Source: Treponema sp. (lineage in GTDB: Bacteria; Spirochaetota; Spirochaetia; Treponematales; Treponemataceae). Taken from it: DNA of 64,000 nt. Below, piece by piece: positions 19,488 to 29,556 of the stretch (the first letter of the stretch is position 1; every line of letters begins with the position of its first letter). The stretch is taken from positions 11,520-75,519 of the forward strand of contig JAFZYR010000027.1 in the NCBI GenBank assembly GCA_017616165.1, read 5' to 3'. The translations under genes were made by a program, and so were the position numbers. Under the pieces are notes generated by a model that saw nothing but the letters and a program-made list of their open reading frames with translations, did not search any database and was not told where the DNA came from.

Positions 19488-22453
19488 TTACTGCTCACCT
19501 CAAACTCAAAGAACGAAGCATTGTTAAATTCGTCCTTACACATTGGTAAAATGCAACACATTTTAATTCTATCTTTATCCAGTTTTTTGACATTGGAGTA
19601 AGAATACTTTTGAAGCTTTTTATAAGGAATTTCTACCTCGGTTACCTTGTCCTTTTCGGTCTTAAACCTGTAGTAGAAGTAACCGCCCTCTTCGGTTGTG
19701 ATGATAAAGTCATATTTATTTCCGTCACCCTGAACCTTAAAGCTTATTTTATCACCGCTCTGAAGATAATTTACAACTGCAGCAGGGCTTTCCTGATTTA
19801 TCCAGGTATCAAGCTCGCTTCTGTACCAGCGGAGTCCAAGTCCGGAAACTCTTATTCCAAGGCTATAATTATTGTCCTTATAAACCGAAACATTTGAAAT
19901 ATTAAGATGATTTAAAGGTACCCAGTTGTGAGCATCATCAAGCGGAGTCTTATAATTGCCCTTGTATACTTCTTCATTTTTGTAAATGATTGTTGCATTA
20001 CAGCTGTCCAAGCCCACAAGATTTCTTGGTGTTGTATCATTTTTGTCCCAGGCAAGAACAATTATCTGTCCGTTTGTCCAGCCGTCAAAAGCACCGCTTT
20101 GAACCTCGGTAAGTCTTGGAGGAAGCAGGATTGAATCTATCTGAGTATCTCCGGCAAAGGCTCCATGCTTAATTACAAGAGAATGCTCCATGTCATTTAT
20201 GAATTCAAAGGTAACTGATTCAAGCTTCTGGCAGTCTCTAAAGGCATTTTCTTCTACAACCTCAACGGTATAATCAATGGAAACATTCTTAAGATTGTTA
20301 TAGCCTTCAAAGCCTCCGATGCTGTTGTTGTCCTTAACAGTTACATCATCAACATTAATAGTTGGTTCTATAAAGTCCTCAGCCTGAATATGTCCAGCCT
20401 TGGTAATTGTCGCAGAACGTGTAAGTACCTTGCGCTTGAATTTGTATGAACGCAGCGGGAAGGTAAAGCCAAAGGATAAAGAATCTGCAAAATATCGTTC
20501 ACCAAAAAGATTACGAAGCTCAAGATTATATCTGATATCAATAACAGTGAGCAGAGAAACACCTGCCTGTGCAACTGCGTAAACTTCATCCTTGTTTGTA
20601 AATATTGGAAGTATATCATTAAAGCCGCTGATTGAAGTTTGAGGCAGAGCAAGGTTTTCGCCGATTCCAATTCCTATATAAGGTGCAAAATACATATTTG
20701 GAATGGACAGACGGAATATTCCTGCAAGTGCCAGCTGACCTTCGTCGCCAAGAACTCTGTATCTTGTATTTGCAGCAAGCGAAGCCCAGCCAAAATTCAA
20801 AAGGTCAAGATCAATGTCCACAACCATTGTCATATTCTTTTCAAAGGTAAGATCAAAGGTCAGGTTAGAGAACAGCGGTGGCATGTGCTTTATCATTTCA
20901 ATTTCGTTGTCGGTAAATTCAATTATTCCATTTTCGCCTACATCAAGGCTTACCTTAGCAGATTTGCCGGCAGGACGGAGGAAGGTTTTTTCTACAACTG
21001 AATCCGACATTTTTTCCATGGAAAGCTTAAGACGGTTATCCATATCGCAGTAAATTACGTCAAAGGAATATTCGTCTTCTATAAGCAGCGCGTACTTGGC
21101 AATAGAAAGCAGGTTTGTCGGAATTGTTCCCACAAGCTTTTTACCCGAGGCCATGAGGCTAAGCGGAATGCTTGAGTTGGAATCTATTTCTTCATTGTAC
21201 TGCGAAATCAGTGTGTAGGTTTTATCTTGTGTAAGCTTAACGTCCTTTAAGGTTACATCCACAATTCCAGTCTTTTTGTTGTACTTGGTTTTTACAAGCG
21301 AAACATCCTTTGTGTAATCGTGTTCAAACGGCTTTTTTACAAGACAGACAAATTTGCAGACAGTATTGTCCCAGTTTTTGGCAACAAGGTTATAATAACC
21401 TGCCCTAAGCTTTTCAACAGGACAGTCAAGTGTAATTTGTGCTGTAGAGGCTCCCTTTATAAAGTTACCGGTTACCTCAAGCTCTACCTGGCTTCGTGCA
21501 ACCTGACTTTCAAAAGGATACTTTACAGAACCACTTGCCGGTTCAAGATAAAACTGTGTATTGGAATTAAAGCCCTTACCGTCAACCGAAAGCTTGTATA
21601 CTCCACCCATGGATGTATTGCTGTTGATTGTAAAGCTGTTTACATTATAGTGGCTGTCAATTTCAAAGCCGTTGTTCGGTTCAATCTTTTTTTCGCTGTT
21701 ATCAAGAACAAGAATATCTATGCTGTCTTTATTGTCTCCACCGTTCCTTACCTCAAGGGCATAATAGCCTGAATAAAGCAGGCTCGGGTCATAAGAAACT
21801 ACAACAGAAAAAACAGAAGAGTCACGGTATAAAATCTGCAGCTTCTGTTCCTTGCGCTCTTCACAATAGTTTACGTAACCGCGTGCGTCCTGAGGGCCAT
21901 TGTCCTTAGGAACAAGATAGAACTCTGTTCTTGGAGAAAAAATATTACGGCCTTTTACAAGGATTGTATTATTGCCGTAGTCCTGTTCAGGAAAAATTGT
22001 GCCGGTAGTATCCAAAGCGCCCGTACCGTTTCTGTCAAGAAAAAGCACGGGAGCATTCCAGTCGGCATTTTTTGCAAGGAAGCGGTCGTTAAGGTAAGGA
22101 ATGTGTTCTTCAAGAATCTTGAACTTTACCCATTCTGTGCTCTTACCCTTACGACCAAGAACATTGTAGGTTGCTATGCTTACTCTGTATTCACCCGGAG
22201 TAAAAAGCACCTCCAGCGAAAGCTTTTTTGTTTTTACAGCCTTATAGTCAACCCAGTCATTTATAGAATTGTCAAACCTTTGTATTGTAACTTCATATTG
22301 ATTTGCTTTTGCTACCGGCTGCCAGGAAAAGGTTTCATACTGTTCGTTTACTTCGGTTGAAGCTTCAACAGGAACAGCAGTGTTTTCTCCGGCAGCAAAA
22401 AGTGGCAGAAGTGAGAAAATCAAAAAAGTACAAATAAAAAGTTTTCTCATCAA
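19484..22453 (-). CDS. Large exported multidomain protein (FN3/Ig-like repeats, BspA-type LRR, C-terminal CIA30/CBM-like domain)
   Basis: Signal peptide; FSWQPV...YEV; repeated G.N/F...FYL.P...GYY.L; ENAFRDCQKLESV and GAFDG LRR units; ISFKVQGDGNKY. Confidence 0.6.
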   Translation of the reverse strand: MMRKLFICTFLIFSLLPLFAAGENTAVPVEASTEVNEQYETFSWQPVAKANQYEVTIQRFDNSINDWVDYKAVKTKKLSLEVLFTPGEYRVSIATYNVLGRKGKSTEWVKFKILEEHIPYLNDRFLAKNADWNAPVLFLDRNGTGALDTTGTIFPEQDYGNNTILVKGRNIFSPRTEFYLVPKDNGPQDARGYVNYCEERKEQKLQILYRDSSVFSVVVSYDPSLLYSGYYALEVRNGGDNKDSIDILVLDNSEKKIEPNNGFEIDSHYNVNSFTINSNTSMGGVYKLSVDGKGFNSNTQFYLEPASGSVKYPFESQVARSQVELEVTGNFIKGASTAQITLDCPVEKLRAGYYNLVAKNWDNTVCKFVCLVKKPFEHDYTKDVSLVKTKYNKKTGIVDVTLKDVKLTQDKTYTLISQYNEEIDSNSSIPLSLMASGKKLVGTIPTNLLSIAKYALLIEDEYSFDVIYCDMDNRLKLSMEKMSDSVVEKTFLRPAGKSAKVSLDVGENGIIEFTDNEIEMIKHMPPLFSNLTFDLTFEKNMTMVVDIDLDLLNFGWASLAANTRYRVLGDEGQLALAGIFRLSIPNMYFAPYIGIGIGENLALPQTSISGFNDILPIFTNKDEVYAVAQAGVSLLTVIDIRYNLELRNLFGERYFADSLSFGFTFPLRSYKFKRKVLTRSATITKAGHIQAEDFIEPTINVDDVTVKDNNSIGGFEGYNNLKNVSIDYTVEVVEENAFRDCQKLESVTFEFINDMEHSLVIKHGAFAGDTQIDSILLPPRLTEVQSGAFDGWTNGQIIVLAWDKNDTTPRNLVGLDSCNATIIYKNEEVYKGNYKTPLDDAHNWVPLNHLNISNVSVYKDNNYSLGIRVSGLGLRWYRSELDTWINQESPAAVVNYLQSGDKISFKVQGDGNKYDFIITTEEGGYFYYRFKTEKDKVTEVEIPYKKLQKYSYSNVKKLDKDRIKMCCILPMCKDEFNNASFFEFEVSSK

Positions 22454-22462
22454 ATGTTTTAA

Positions 22463-23803
22463 TTAGTTCTTTGGAGGACGTACAACAACCTTGGCAAGAT
22501 TTGGTCTCTTAACCAGGTCGCCCTTAAGTCCTTCTTCGCGGGCCTTGTTTACATAAGCAGGGTCCTGGAAAGAATACTTAAAGTTTGTGTGAACATCGTA
22601 GGTTCCCTTCATAAGAGCGTAAGCATCCTCTGTCATTACAAGCTCTTCATCTGTAGGGATTACGAAAATCTTTGTTTCACTGTCGTCGGCGCTGATGCAG
22701 GTTTCTGCGTTTCCTGTAAAGCTCCATTCGTTTTTCTGTTCGTCAATTTTGATGCCGTATTTTTCAAGACCTGAGCAGGCCTTACCACGAGTGATTGGTC
22801 CGCGCTCGCCTACACCTGCTGTCCATACAATTGCGTCTACATGACCAAGCTCTGCCATGAAGGCACCAATGTATTTTTTAATGCGGAGGGCTTCCATATC
22901 AATAGAAAGCTGACAAAGCTTGTCGCCCTTTGCTGCATCAATTTCAATATCGCGGCGGTCTGAATACTTACCTGTAATACCAAGACATCCGCACTTCTTG
23001 TTCAAAGCTTTGTCCATTTCGTCGGCGCTCATGCCTGTTTTGCGCATGATGTAGAATGGAAGGGCCGGGTCAAGGTCGCCGGAGCGTGTACCCATTACAA
23101 GTCCTTCAAGAGGAGTAATACCCATTGTTGTATCGTAGCAAACACCGTTCTTTACGGCACACATAGATGAACCGTTTCCGATGTGACAGATGATAAGGTT
23201 TGTATCTTTAGGATCTTTTCCAAGAAGAACTGCGGCACGTTTTGCAGTATAAAGGAAGCTTGTTCCGTGGAAGCCGTAGCGGCGTGCTGCATATTTTTCG
23301 TACCATTCGCGTGGGATTGCATACTGGAAGGTTTCTTCCGGCATTGTCTGGTGCCAGGCTGTATCCATAATTGCTGAATGAGGGATATTTGGCATAACCT
23401 TCTGAGCAGCTTCAATACCCATGATATTTGCAGGCATGTGAAGTGGACCAAGGTCAATTACTTCGCGGAAGCCGTCAAGAACTTCCGGAGTGATGAGTAC
23501 AGACTTTGTAAACTTTTCACCACCATGAAGTACGCGGTGTCCTACGGCACTGATTTCGTCCATAGACTTGATTACACCAACTTGTGGGTCTGTAATTTCT
23601 TTAATAATTAATTCAATTGCTTCTTTGTGAGTTGGACAAGGGCTTTCAATTTCTGTTTTCTGTCCCTTTGCCTTGTGAGTAATGCAGCTTCCTTCAATTC
23701 CGATGCGTTCTACAACACCGTTAGCCATTACCTCTTTGTTGTCCCAGTCGTAAACCTGGTACTTTGCGCTGGATGAACCGCAGTTCAATGTAAGAATTAC
23801 CAT
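22463..23803 (-). CDS. ackA: Acetate kinase
   Basis: [48 protein letters not shown]. Confidence 0.97.
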   Translation of the reverse strand: MVILTLNCGSSSAKYQVYDWDNKEVMANGVVERIGIEGSCITHKAKGQKTEIESPCPTHKEAIELIIKEITDPQVGVIKSMDEISAVGHRVLHGGEKFTKSVLITPEVLDGFREVIDLGPLHMPANIMGIEAAQKVMPNIPHSAIMDTAWHQTMPEETFQYAIPREWYEKYAARRYGFHGTSFLYTAKRAAVLLGKDPKDTNLIICHIGNGSSMCAVKNGVCYDTTMGITPLEGLVMGTRSGDLDPALPFYIMRKTGMSADEMDKALNKKCGCLGITGKYSDRRDIEIDAAKGDKLCQLSIDMEALRIKKYIGAFMAELGHVDAIVWTAGVGERGPITRGKACSGLEKYGIKIDEQKNEWSFTGNAETCISADDSETKIFVIPTDEELVMTEDAYALMKGTYDVHTNFKYSFQDPAYVNKAREEGLKGDLVKRPNLAKVVVRPPKN

Positions 23804-23870
23804 ATTTTTCCTCTATATTAATATATAAATTTAATACTCTATTATAATTAATTATGGCCCATTATTCAAA

Positions 23871-23965
23871 TGGATTGCTTCGCTTCGCTCGCAATGACGA
23901 GAGCCTCCGTCATTGACGCAATGATGCCTCCGTCATTGCGAGGAGCGCAGCGACGTGGCAATCTA
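23871..23965. repeat. REP-like family A inverted doublet with an internal 13-bp duplication
   Basis: TGGATTGCTTCGCTTCGCTCGCAATGAC ... CGTCATTGCGAGGAGCGCAGCGACGTGGCAATCTA; GCCTCCGTCATTG twice. Confidence 0.9.
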
Positions 23966-25534
23966 TTTGATAACCACATTCTGTACTGTTGTCTTCTCAG
24001 GCTTTTTGTACAGGTACTTAAGCGGGTGGATGTCAAAGGCGTTTTCGGACCAGCCGCCTACTACTGTAAGGTCAATTACATTAGAAATTACCGGGTGATA
24101 AATTGGAATTACAATGCAATCATCCATAAGTATAATTTCTGCCTGTGCCAAAAGCTTATATCTTTCTTCCTCCGACAAAACTGCTGCTTCTTCGAGCAAA
24201 GCATCATATTCCTTGTTTTTCCAAAGTGCATCGTTCAAAGAAGAATCGCTTCGGAACAGCTCAAGGAAGGCCAGAGGGTCTGCAAAGTCGCCGATCCAGG
24301 TATAAATAAACATATCAGAATCGGAGCTTCTTACCCCGCCAAAATATTCATAGCTCTTTTTTGTTTTGATTAACAGCTCTACCCCAAGCTGAGCAAAGGC
24401 ATCGCTAAGTAAAGTTAATTTTTCCTGTGAAAGACTGTTTTCCGGGATTTCAAGCTTGAGTGTAAGCTTTTCATCCTTTGAAATGCCGTACTGCTCGCGT
24501 GCCAGCTGCATGAGCTTTTGAGCTTCGGCAACATCAGTGTAAGAATAACCGTCCACAGTAGGATAACCGGTCAAAGGATATACAAAGGTTGTTGCAGGAA
24601 CATAGGAATCGGCACGAAGCTTTTCCCACGGAATTGCTTCAAAAAGTGCAGCCCTGAACTCTCTGTTTTTCCACACAGAATCATTTGTTTTAAAGAAAAA
24701 ATAGGCGGTTGCAAATTCTGCGTTTATGCGGAAAGCATTTTTGTTTATGAGCCTGCTTGTATCTATACCTGCTGTTACCCAGTCTGCAAGCCCTGTATTA
24801 AAATAGTAGGTATTTTCTTCCGAATCACTGCTTTGATAAAAGGTAATCTGCTCAAGGGCAACACTGTCTTTGTCCCAGTAATAAGGATTTTTTTTCATTA
24901 CATAATAAAGGTCATCCATATCCTCAAGATAAAAAGGTCCGGAATAAACAGTCGGATTTGAATGAATTATAGAAAAAGAAGAATGACAAAGTAATTTTGG
25001 AAGATAATTTGCCGGCTTTACAAGATGAATAGAAAGCGAATCGTCGGAATTTGCATAGATTCCAACCTTATCGGCACTGATTTTTCCCATTCTGTATTCT
25101 GCAGCCCCTTCAATTACATCAAGAAGCGAAGCATAAGGGGCATCAGGAGTAGATAAAAGTGAAAGCCACGAAAAGCGCACGCTCTGGGCAGTGATTTTTT
25201 CGCCGTTACTAAAGCAGGCCTTGTCATTTATTTTAAAAGTCCAGCGTTTTTTGTCTCTGGAAATATGATATTCAACTGCAATTGCATATTTTGGACTAAG
25301 AGTTACGGGATCATAAGAAAATAATCCTTCATAAAGCCCCGAAAGAATCTGTGCATCGCTTGAATAACTTGTAGTCTGAGGATTTAAATCATGCGGATGA
25401 TAAGGCTCCACAATCACAAAGGTTTTATCTGCGGGCAAAAGCTCTGTATCCTGCTCTGCTTCCTGTGCAAAGGCGGCAGTGCAGACAAAAAAAGCAAAAA
25501 CAGAACAAATTATAAATATGAACGATTTTTTCAT
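23963..25534 (-). CDS. Peptide ABC transporter substrate-binding protein (OppA family)
   Basis: Signal peptide; LYEGL, FSNGEKITA, SGPFYL, KNPYYWD, WIGDFADP, IPIYH. Confidence 0.9.
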   Translation of the reverse strand: MKKSFIFIICSVFAFFVCTAAFAQEAEQDTELLPADKTFVIVEPYHPHDLNPQTTSYSSDAQILSGLYEGLFSYDPVTLSPKYAIAVEYHISRDKKRWTFKINDKACFSNGEKITAQSVRFSWLSLLSTPDAPYASLLDVIEGAAEYRMGKISADKVGIYANSDDSLSIHLVKPANYLPKLLCHSSFSIIHSNPTVYSGPFYLEDMDDLYYVMKKNPYYWDKDSVALEQITFYQSSDSEENTYYFNTGLADWVTAGIDTSRLINKNAFRINAEFATAYFFFKTNDSVWKNREFRAALFEAIPWEKLRADSYVPATTFVYPLTGYPTVDGYSYTDVAEAQKLMQLAREQYGISKDEKLTLKLEIPENSLSQEKLTLLSDAFAQLGVELLIKTKKSYEYFGGVRSSDSDMFIYTWIGDFADPLAFLELFRSDSSLNDALWKNKEYDALLEEAAVLSEEERYKLLAQAEIILMDDCIVIPIYHPVISNVIDLTVVGGWSENAFDIHPLKYLYKKPEKTTVQNVVIK

Positions 25535-25543
25535 AGGTTTACC

Positions 25544-26953
25544 TTAATTCATTATTCCGAGCTTTCTCATCTGCTCAATTTCTTCCTTTGCAGAAGCATA
25601 TTCACCGCGCTTTTTGTTTGCATTGATGATTGCATTTCTATAAGAAGAAAGATCTATCTTAAGGCCCTTTACCTTTGGACGCTGCAAAACCTCAACATTT
25701 GCCTTAAAATGTTCATCAAGTGCATTAATTGTTGTAAAAAGCTTTTGATTTTCCTGAATCTGTCTGTTAAGGTAAATAAGTGCATCATCTTCCTTGGCAG
25801 AATTAATCTTGTTGTACTCTACCCCTCTGGAACCAATGCCGGAATAAATATGAGCAAGCTTTTCTATTTTTGTCATAAAGGTATTTACTTCAATACGCTC
25901 CGAGGTTTTTGCACCAGTCTGAGGATCAGTTACCAAAATTGTGCAGACACGCTCTTTTTCCTTAATTCCAAGCGCCTTTTTAAGAGCTTCTACAAACTTA
26001 CGGAACAAGGTCTTTTTTGCATAGAATAAAAGCTCAAAATTATCGGTGAGCTTTACATACATCTGACCAAGAATTGGACCAAAAACACCAAGTGTAAATA
26101 CTGCAGTCATGAGCAGGTCATGAGGATTAACAGTCTTTGTTTCTTTTTTAGTTTCCTGAATCTTAATTTCAAGCTTGCTCAGCAGGGCCGCACGCAGGCT
26201 TTCCTTATTTGGTCCCTGGTCTTCGTTAACAATTTCCTGAACAAGGTCGGTATAAACAGTTTTTTTACCGGTTGTCTTTACATAAAGCCGCTTAATTTCG
26301 TTGATTTCTGCTTCCGGTGAAGAAAATGCCTTGGCCTTATCAAATTCGGGATGTTCAAAAACGTCTTTTCTAAGGTTTCCCTTGTACATTTCCTTCTGAA
26401 AATCTGCAAGCTCGCGCAAGCAGCCTTCTATGGTCTTGCAGCACTTTGAACATTTTTCCTGACTGTCATTTATAAGACTGATTGTAACAGCCGGAGCATT
26501 TGCCCTTGCCTTTGTAAGTGCAGTTGCCAGAGCTCTTGTATTTGATTTTGAACTGTTGGAAGAAAGATTTGCCCAGTCAAAAACTTCTATAAACTCAAGC
26601 AGGGTTTTAATACGTGGAAGACTAATATTTTCTACAGAAAAACGGAAATAGGTACAGATAAAGTCCAGCATCATCTCGTAGTCCGAAAAGCGTTTTCCAA
26701 GCACAACAGCATCTTCGTTTTCTGTAAACGGAGTTGTTTCTATTGTTCCTATATCCGAAATACGTGTTTCAAGCTTATAAGGATCCGGATGAATCAGAGA
26801 CCTTTTTACCAGAACCTCGTTCAAATTACGAACACAGGTATGAAGGAGTCTGAACTGTTCGAGCATATACTGCAATCTGTCCGTGTTGAACCAGCCTTGC
26901 TTTGCCATAAGGGCAGTTTCCAGCTGGCTTGTAAAAATCATTATTTCTTCCAT
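25544..26953 (-). CDS. Hypothetical alpha-helical protein
   Basis: 469-aa ORF, co-oriented with and 10 bp from the oppA-like gene. Confidence 0.75.
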   Translation of the reverse strand: MEEIMIFTSQLETALMAKQGWFNTDRLQYMLEQFRLLHTCVRNLNEVLVKRSLIHPDPYKLETRISDIGTIETTPFTENEDAVVLGKRFSDYEMMLDFICTYFRFSVENISLPRIKTLLEFIEVFDWANLSSNSSKSNTRALATALTKARANAPAVTISLINDSQEKCSKCCKTIEGCLRELADFQKEMYKGNLRKDVFEHPEFDKAKAFSSPEAEINEIKRLYVKTTGKKTVYTDLVQEIVNEDQGPNKESLRAALLSKLEIKIQETKKETKTVNPHDLLMTAVFTLGVFGPILGQMYVKLTDNFELLFYAKKTLFRKFVEALKKALGIKEKERVCTILVTDPQTGAKTSERIEVNTFMTKIEKLAHIYSGIGSRGVEYNKINSAKEDDALIYLNRQIQENQKLFTTINALDEHFKANVEVLQRPKVKGLKIDLSSYRNAIINANKKRGEYASAKEEIEQMRKLGIMN

Positions 26954-26999
26954 ATCTTATATTATCGTCAAAAAAGTGAATTTTCAGTACAATTACAGT

Positions 27000-28214
27000 A
27001 TGAACTACATATATAATAGTAATCAATATAAAAACAAGCTTTTAGAGCGTTTTTTACGATATGTTAAGGTCTGGACCGAAAGTGATGGTCAGGCTGCAGA
27101 TAAGGGTGTTTTTCCTTCGACCCAGCGCCAGTTTGATTTAGCCCGAATGCTCGAAGCAGAGCTTAAAGCCCTTGGTCTTGAACAGGTACAGGTTACCGAG
27201 GATTGTTATGTTTATGGATATATGCCTCCTGTGGTGCCTGAGTTTGGCGAAGGACCTGCTGGTGGTAGCCCTTCGAGAGCCTCAGGGCCCACGTTGTTCC
27301 TTGCCCACATGGACACTGTGGACGAAGTAAGCGGAAAGGACGTAAAGCCTGTTCTTACAGAAAAAGACGGCGATACAATAATTCATTCCGACGGCACTAC
27401 CCTTTTGGGCGGTGATGACAAGGCCGGTGTTGCGGCAATTATGGAATGTCTTGAATATCTGACAGAGCACCCGGAACTTGAACATGGGCCTGTAGAGGTG
27501 CTTTTTTCTCCTGATGAAGAAACAGGGCATGGGATGGATAAGGTTCCGCTTGCACTTATAAAATCAAAGAGTGCTTATACCGTTGACGGTGGTTCAGAAG
27601 GCGAGCTTGAATGTGAATGCTTTAATGCCTGGGCCTGCGAAGCTACCTTTACGGGCAAAGCCTGCCACACAGGAGATGCAAAGGCTCTTGGAATGGTAAA
27701 TGCCGCACTCATGGCAGGAGATTTTGTTTCAAGACTGCCGCATGACAAGCTTCCTGAAACTACAGAAGGCCATGAAGGCTTTATTGCACTTATGGAAATA
27801 AACGGAACAATTGAAAAAGCCAGCGCACAGTTTCTTTTACGGGCATTTAATATAGAAGAAATCGAAGACGAAAAGCAGCTTTTGGAGCAAAACGCAGACG
27901 AAATTATGAAAAAATACGATGGAAAGGTTGAATTGTCGTTCCGACAGCAGTATCTGAACATGAAGGATACTCTGGACCAGCACCCTGAGGTTGTAAAGCG
28001 GCTCGAAAAAGCCTATGAGCTAGCCGGAGTTCAGATTATCCGTAAGCCAATCCGCGGAGGAACAGACGGCTCGCGTCTTACAGAAATGGGAATCCCTACT
28101 CCAAACATATTCACCGGCGGCCATGAATTTCACTCGCGCAATGAATGGGTAAGTCTAAACTCCATATGCAAAGCAGCCGATGTTTTAATTAACTTATTGT
28201 CTGGAGACATATAA
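27000..28214 (+). CDS. pepT: Peptidase T (M20B tripeptide aminopeptidase)
   Basis: LERFLRYVK, AHMDT, LLGGDDKAG, PDEE, IRGGTDG, PNIFTGG; start moved to ATG 27000. Confidence 0.93.
   Translation: MNYIYNSNQYKNKLLERFLRYVKVWTESDGQAADKGVFPSTQRQFDLARMLEAELKALGLEQVQVTEDCYVYGYMPPVVPEFGEGPAGGSPSRASGPTLFLAHMDTVDEVSGKDVKPVLTEKDGDTIIHSDGTTLLGGDDKAGVAAIMECLEYLTEHPELEHGPVEVLFSPDEETGHGMDKVPLALIKSKSAYTVDGGSEGELECECFNAWACEATFTGKACHTGDAKALGMVNAALMAGDFVSRLPHDKLPETTEGHEGFIALMEINGTIEKASAQFLLRAFNIEEIEDEKQLLEQNADEIMKKYDGKVELSFRQQYLNMKDTLDQHPEVVKRLEKAYELAGVQIIRKPIRGGTDGSRLTEMGIPTPNIFTGGHEFHSRNEWVSLNSICKAADVLINLLSGDI
27233..27290. repeat. REP-like family B doublet, in frame inside pepT
   Basis: GGTGCCTGAGTTTGGCGAAGG ... 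GCCCTTCGAGAGCCTCAGGGCCC. Confidence 0.85.
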
Positions 28215-29500
28215 TGAAAGAATATGTAATTGAGGGTGGATATCCTATTCAGGGAACAGTTACTGCAAGCGGCAACAAAAATGCTGCACTTCCTTGCCTT
28301 ACGGCAACACTTTTGACTAACGAAGAAGTAATACTTCATAATATTCCTAAAATCCAGGACACGCATGTAATGATTGAAATTTTAAAATCAATCGGTGCAA
28401 AGGTTGAGGATTTGGGAGACAACACCTGGAAAATCAAGTGTGATGATATAAAATCGCACACAATCCCAAGTGAATATACCAAAAAGGTACGCGGTTCCAT
28501 AGTATTTGTGGGCCCGCTCCTTGCACGCCTTGGCCGCTGCGAAATGATGCCTCCCGGAGGAGACGTAATTGGTCGCCGCCGTCTGGATACACACTTTTTA
28601 GCCTTAAAGCAGCTGGGAGCAAGCATTCAGGTAAACGGTCACTTTGATTTTAGCGCAAACAAGCTTGTAGGCGCAGACATTTTTATGGACGAAGCTTCTG
28701 TAACCGCAACAGAAAACGCAGTTATGGCAGCAGTTTTAGCAGAAGGCAGCACAATCATTCAGAATGCCGCAAGTGAACCTCATATTCAGGACCTTTGCAA
28801 CATGCTCAATAAGATGGGTGCAAAAATCAGCGGAATCGGTTCAAATAAAATCACAATCGAAGGTGTAAAAAAGCTTCACGGCTGCGAATACGAAATCGGA
28901 CCTGACTATATCGAAATCGGTTCCTACATTGGTATGGCTGCCGCAACAAAGGGAAAAATCACAATTAAGGGTGTGCGTCCAGAAGAAATGCGCCCGCTCA
29001 AATACAGCTTTGCCAAGCTTGGAATAAGCTGGAGCTTAAACGGCGACGAGCTTACTGTTCCAAATACACAGGAGCTTAAGGTAAACGACGACTTTGGAAA
29101 CGCAATTCCAAAAATTGACGACATGCCTTGGCCTGGATTCCCTGCAGACCTTACTTCTATTATGACAGTAGTTGCAACCCAGGTAGACGGCACAGTTTTG
29201 ATTTTTGAAAAAATGTTCGAAAGCCGCATGTTCTTTGTAGATAAATTGATAAGCATGGGTGCTAAGATTACCTTGTGTGACCCTCACCGTGCAGTAGTCT
29301 GCGGTCCATGCATGCTCCACGGCGACCACCTTGTTTCACCTGATATCCGCGCCGGCATGGCCATGGTAATTGCCGCAATGTGTGCCCATGGCGAAAGCCG
29401 TATAAGCAATGTTTACCAGATTGAACGCGGGTATGAGGATCTGGTTGGACAATTACAAAAGCTTGGGGCTCATATTCGAATAGAGAATAATGAAGATTAG
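28214..29500 (+). CDS. murA: UDP-N-acetylglucosamine 1-carboxyvinyltransferase
   Basis: SGNKNAALP, PGGDVIGRR, ASVTATEN, WPGFPAD, PDIRAG, IERGYE. Confidence 0.96.
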   Translation: MKEYVIEGGYPIQGTVTASGNKNAALPCLTATLLTNEEVILHNIPKIQDTHVMIEILKSIGAKVEDLGDNTWKIKCDDIKSHTIPSEYTKKVRGSIVFVGPLLARLGRCEMMPPGGDVIGRRRLDTHFLALKQLGASIQVNGHFDFSANKLVGADIFMDEASVTATENAVMAAVLAEGSTIIQNAASEPHIQDLCNMLNKMGAKISGIGSNKITIEGVKKLHGCEYEIGPDYIEIGSYIGMAAATKGKITIKGVRPEEMRPLKYSFAKLGISWSLNGDELTVPNTQELKVNDDFGNAIPKIDDMPWPGFPADLTSIMTVVATQVDGTVLIFEKMFESRMFFVDKLISMGAKITLCDPHRAVVCGPCMLHGDHLVSPDIRAGMAMVIAAMCAHGESRISNVYQIERGYEDLVGQLQKLGAHIRIENNED

Positions 29501-29545
29501 TGTCATTGCGAAGAACGATAGTTAGCTACGCTCCTCGCAATGACA
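29501..29545. repeat. Collapsed REP-like family A doublet
   Basis: TGTCATTGCGA ... GCTACGCTCCTCGCAATGACA. Confidence 0.8.
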
Positions 29546-29556
29546 GGTAGGTGTAA

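Noticed and set aside
23870-24373. ORFs starting MDCFASLAMT or MDCRASLAMT (also 32542-32751)
   Set aside because: These are spurious frames opened by REP sequence, antisense to real genes.
26883-26999. Upstream extension of pepT
   Set aside because: It overlaps the divergent gene; the promoter-like TACAAT supports ATG 27000.
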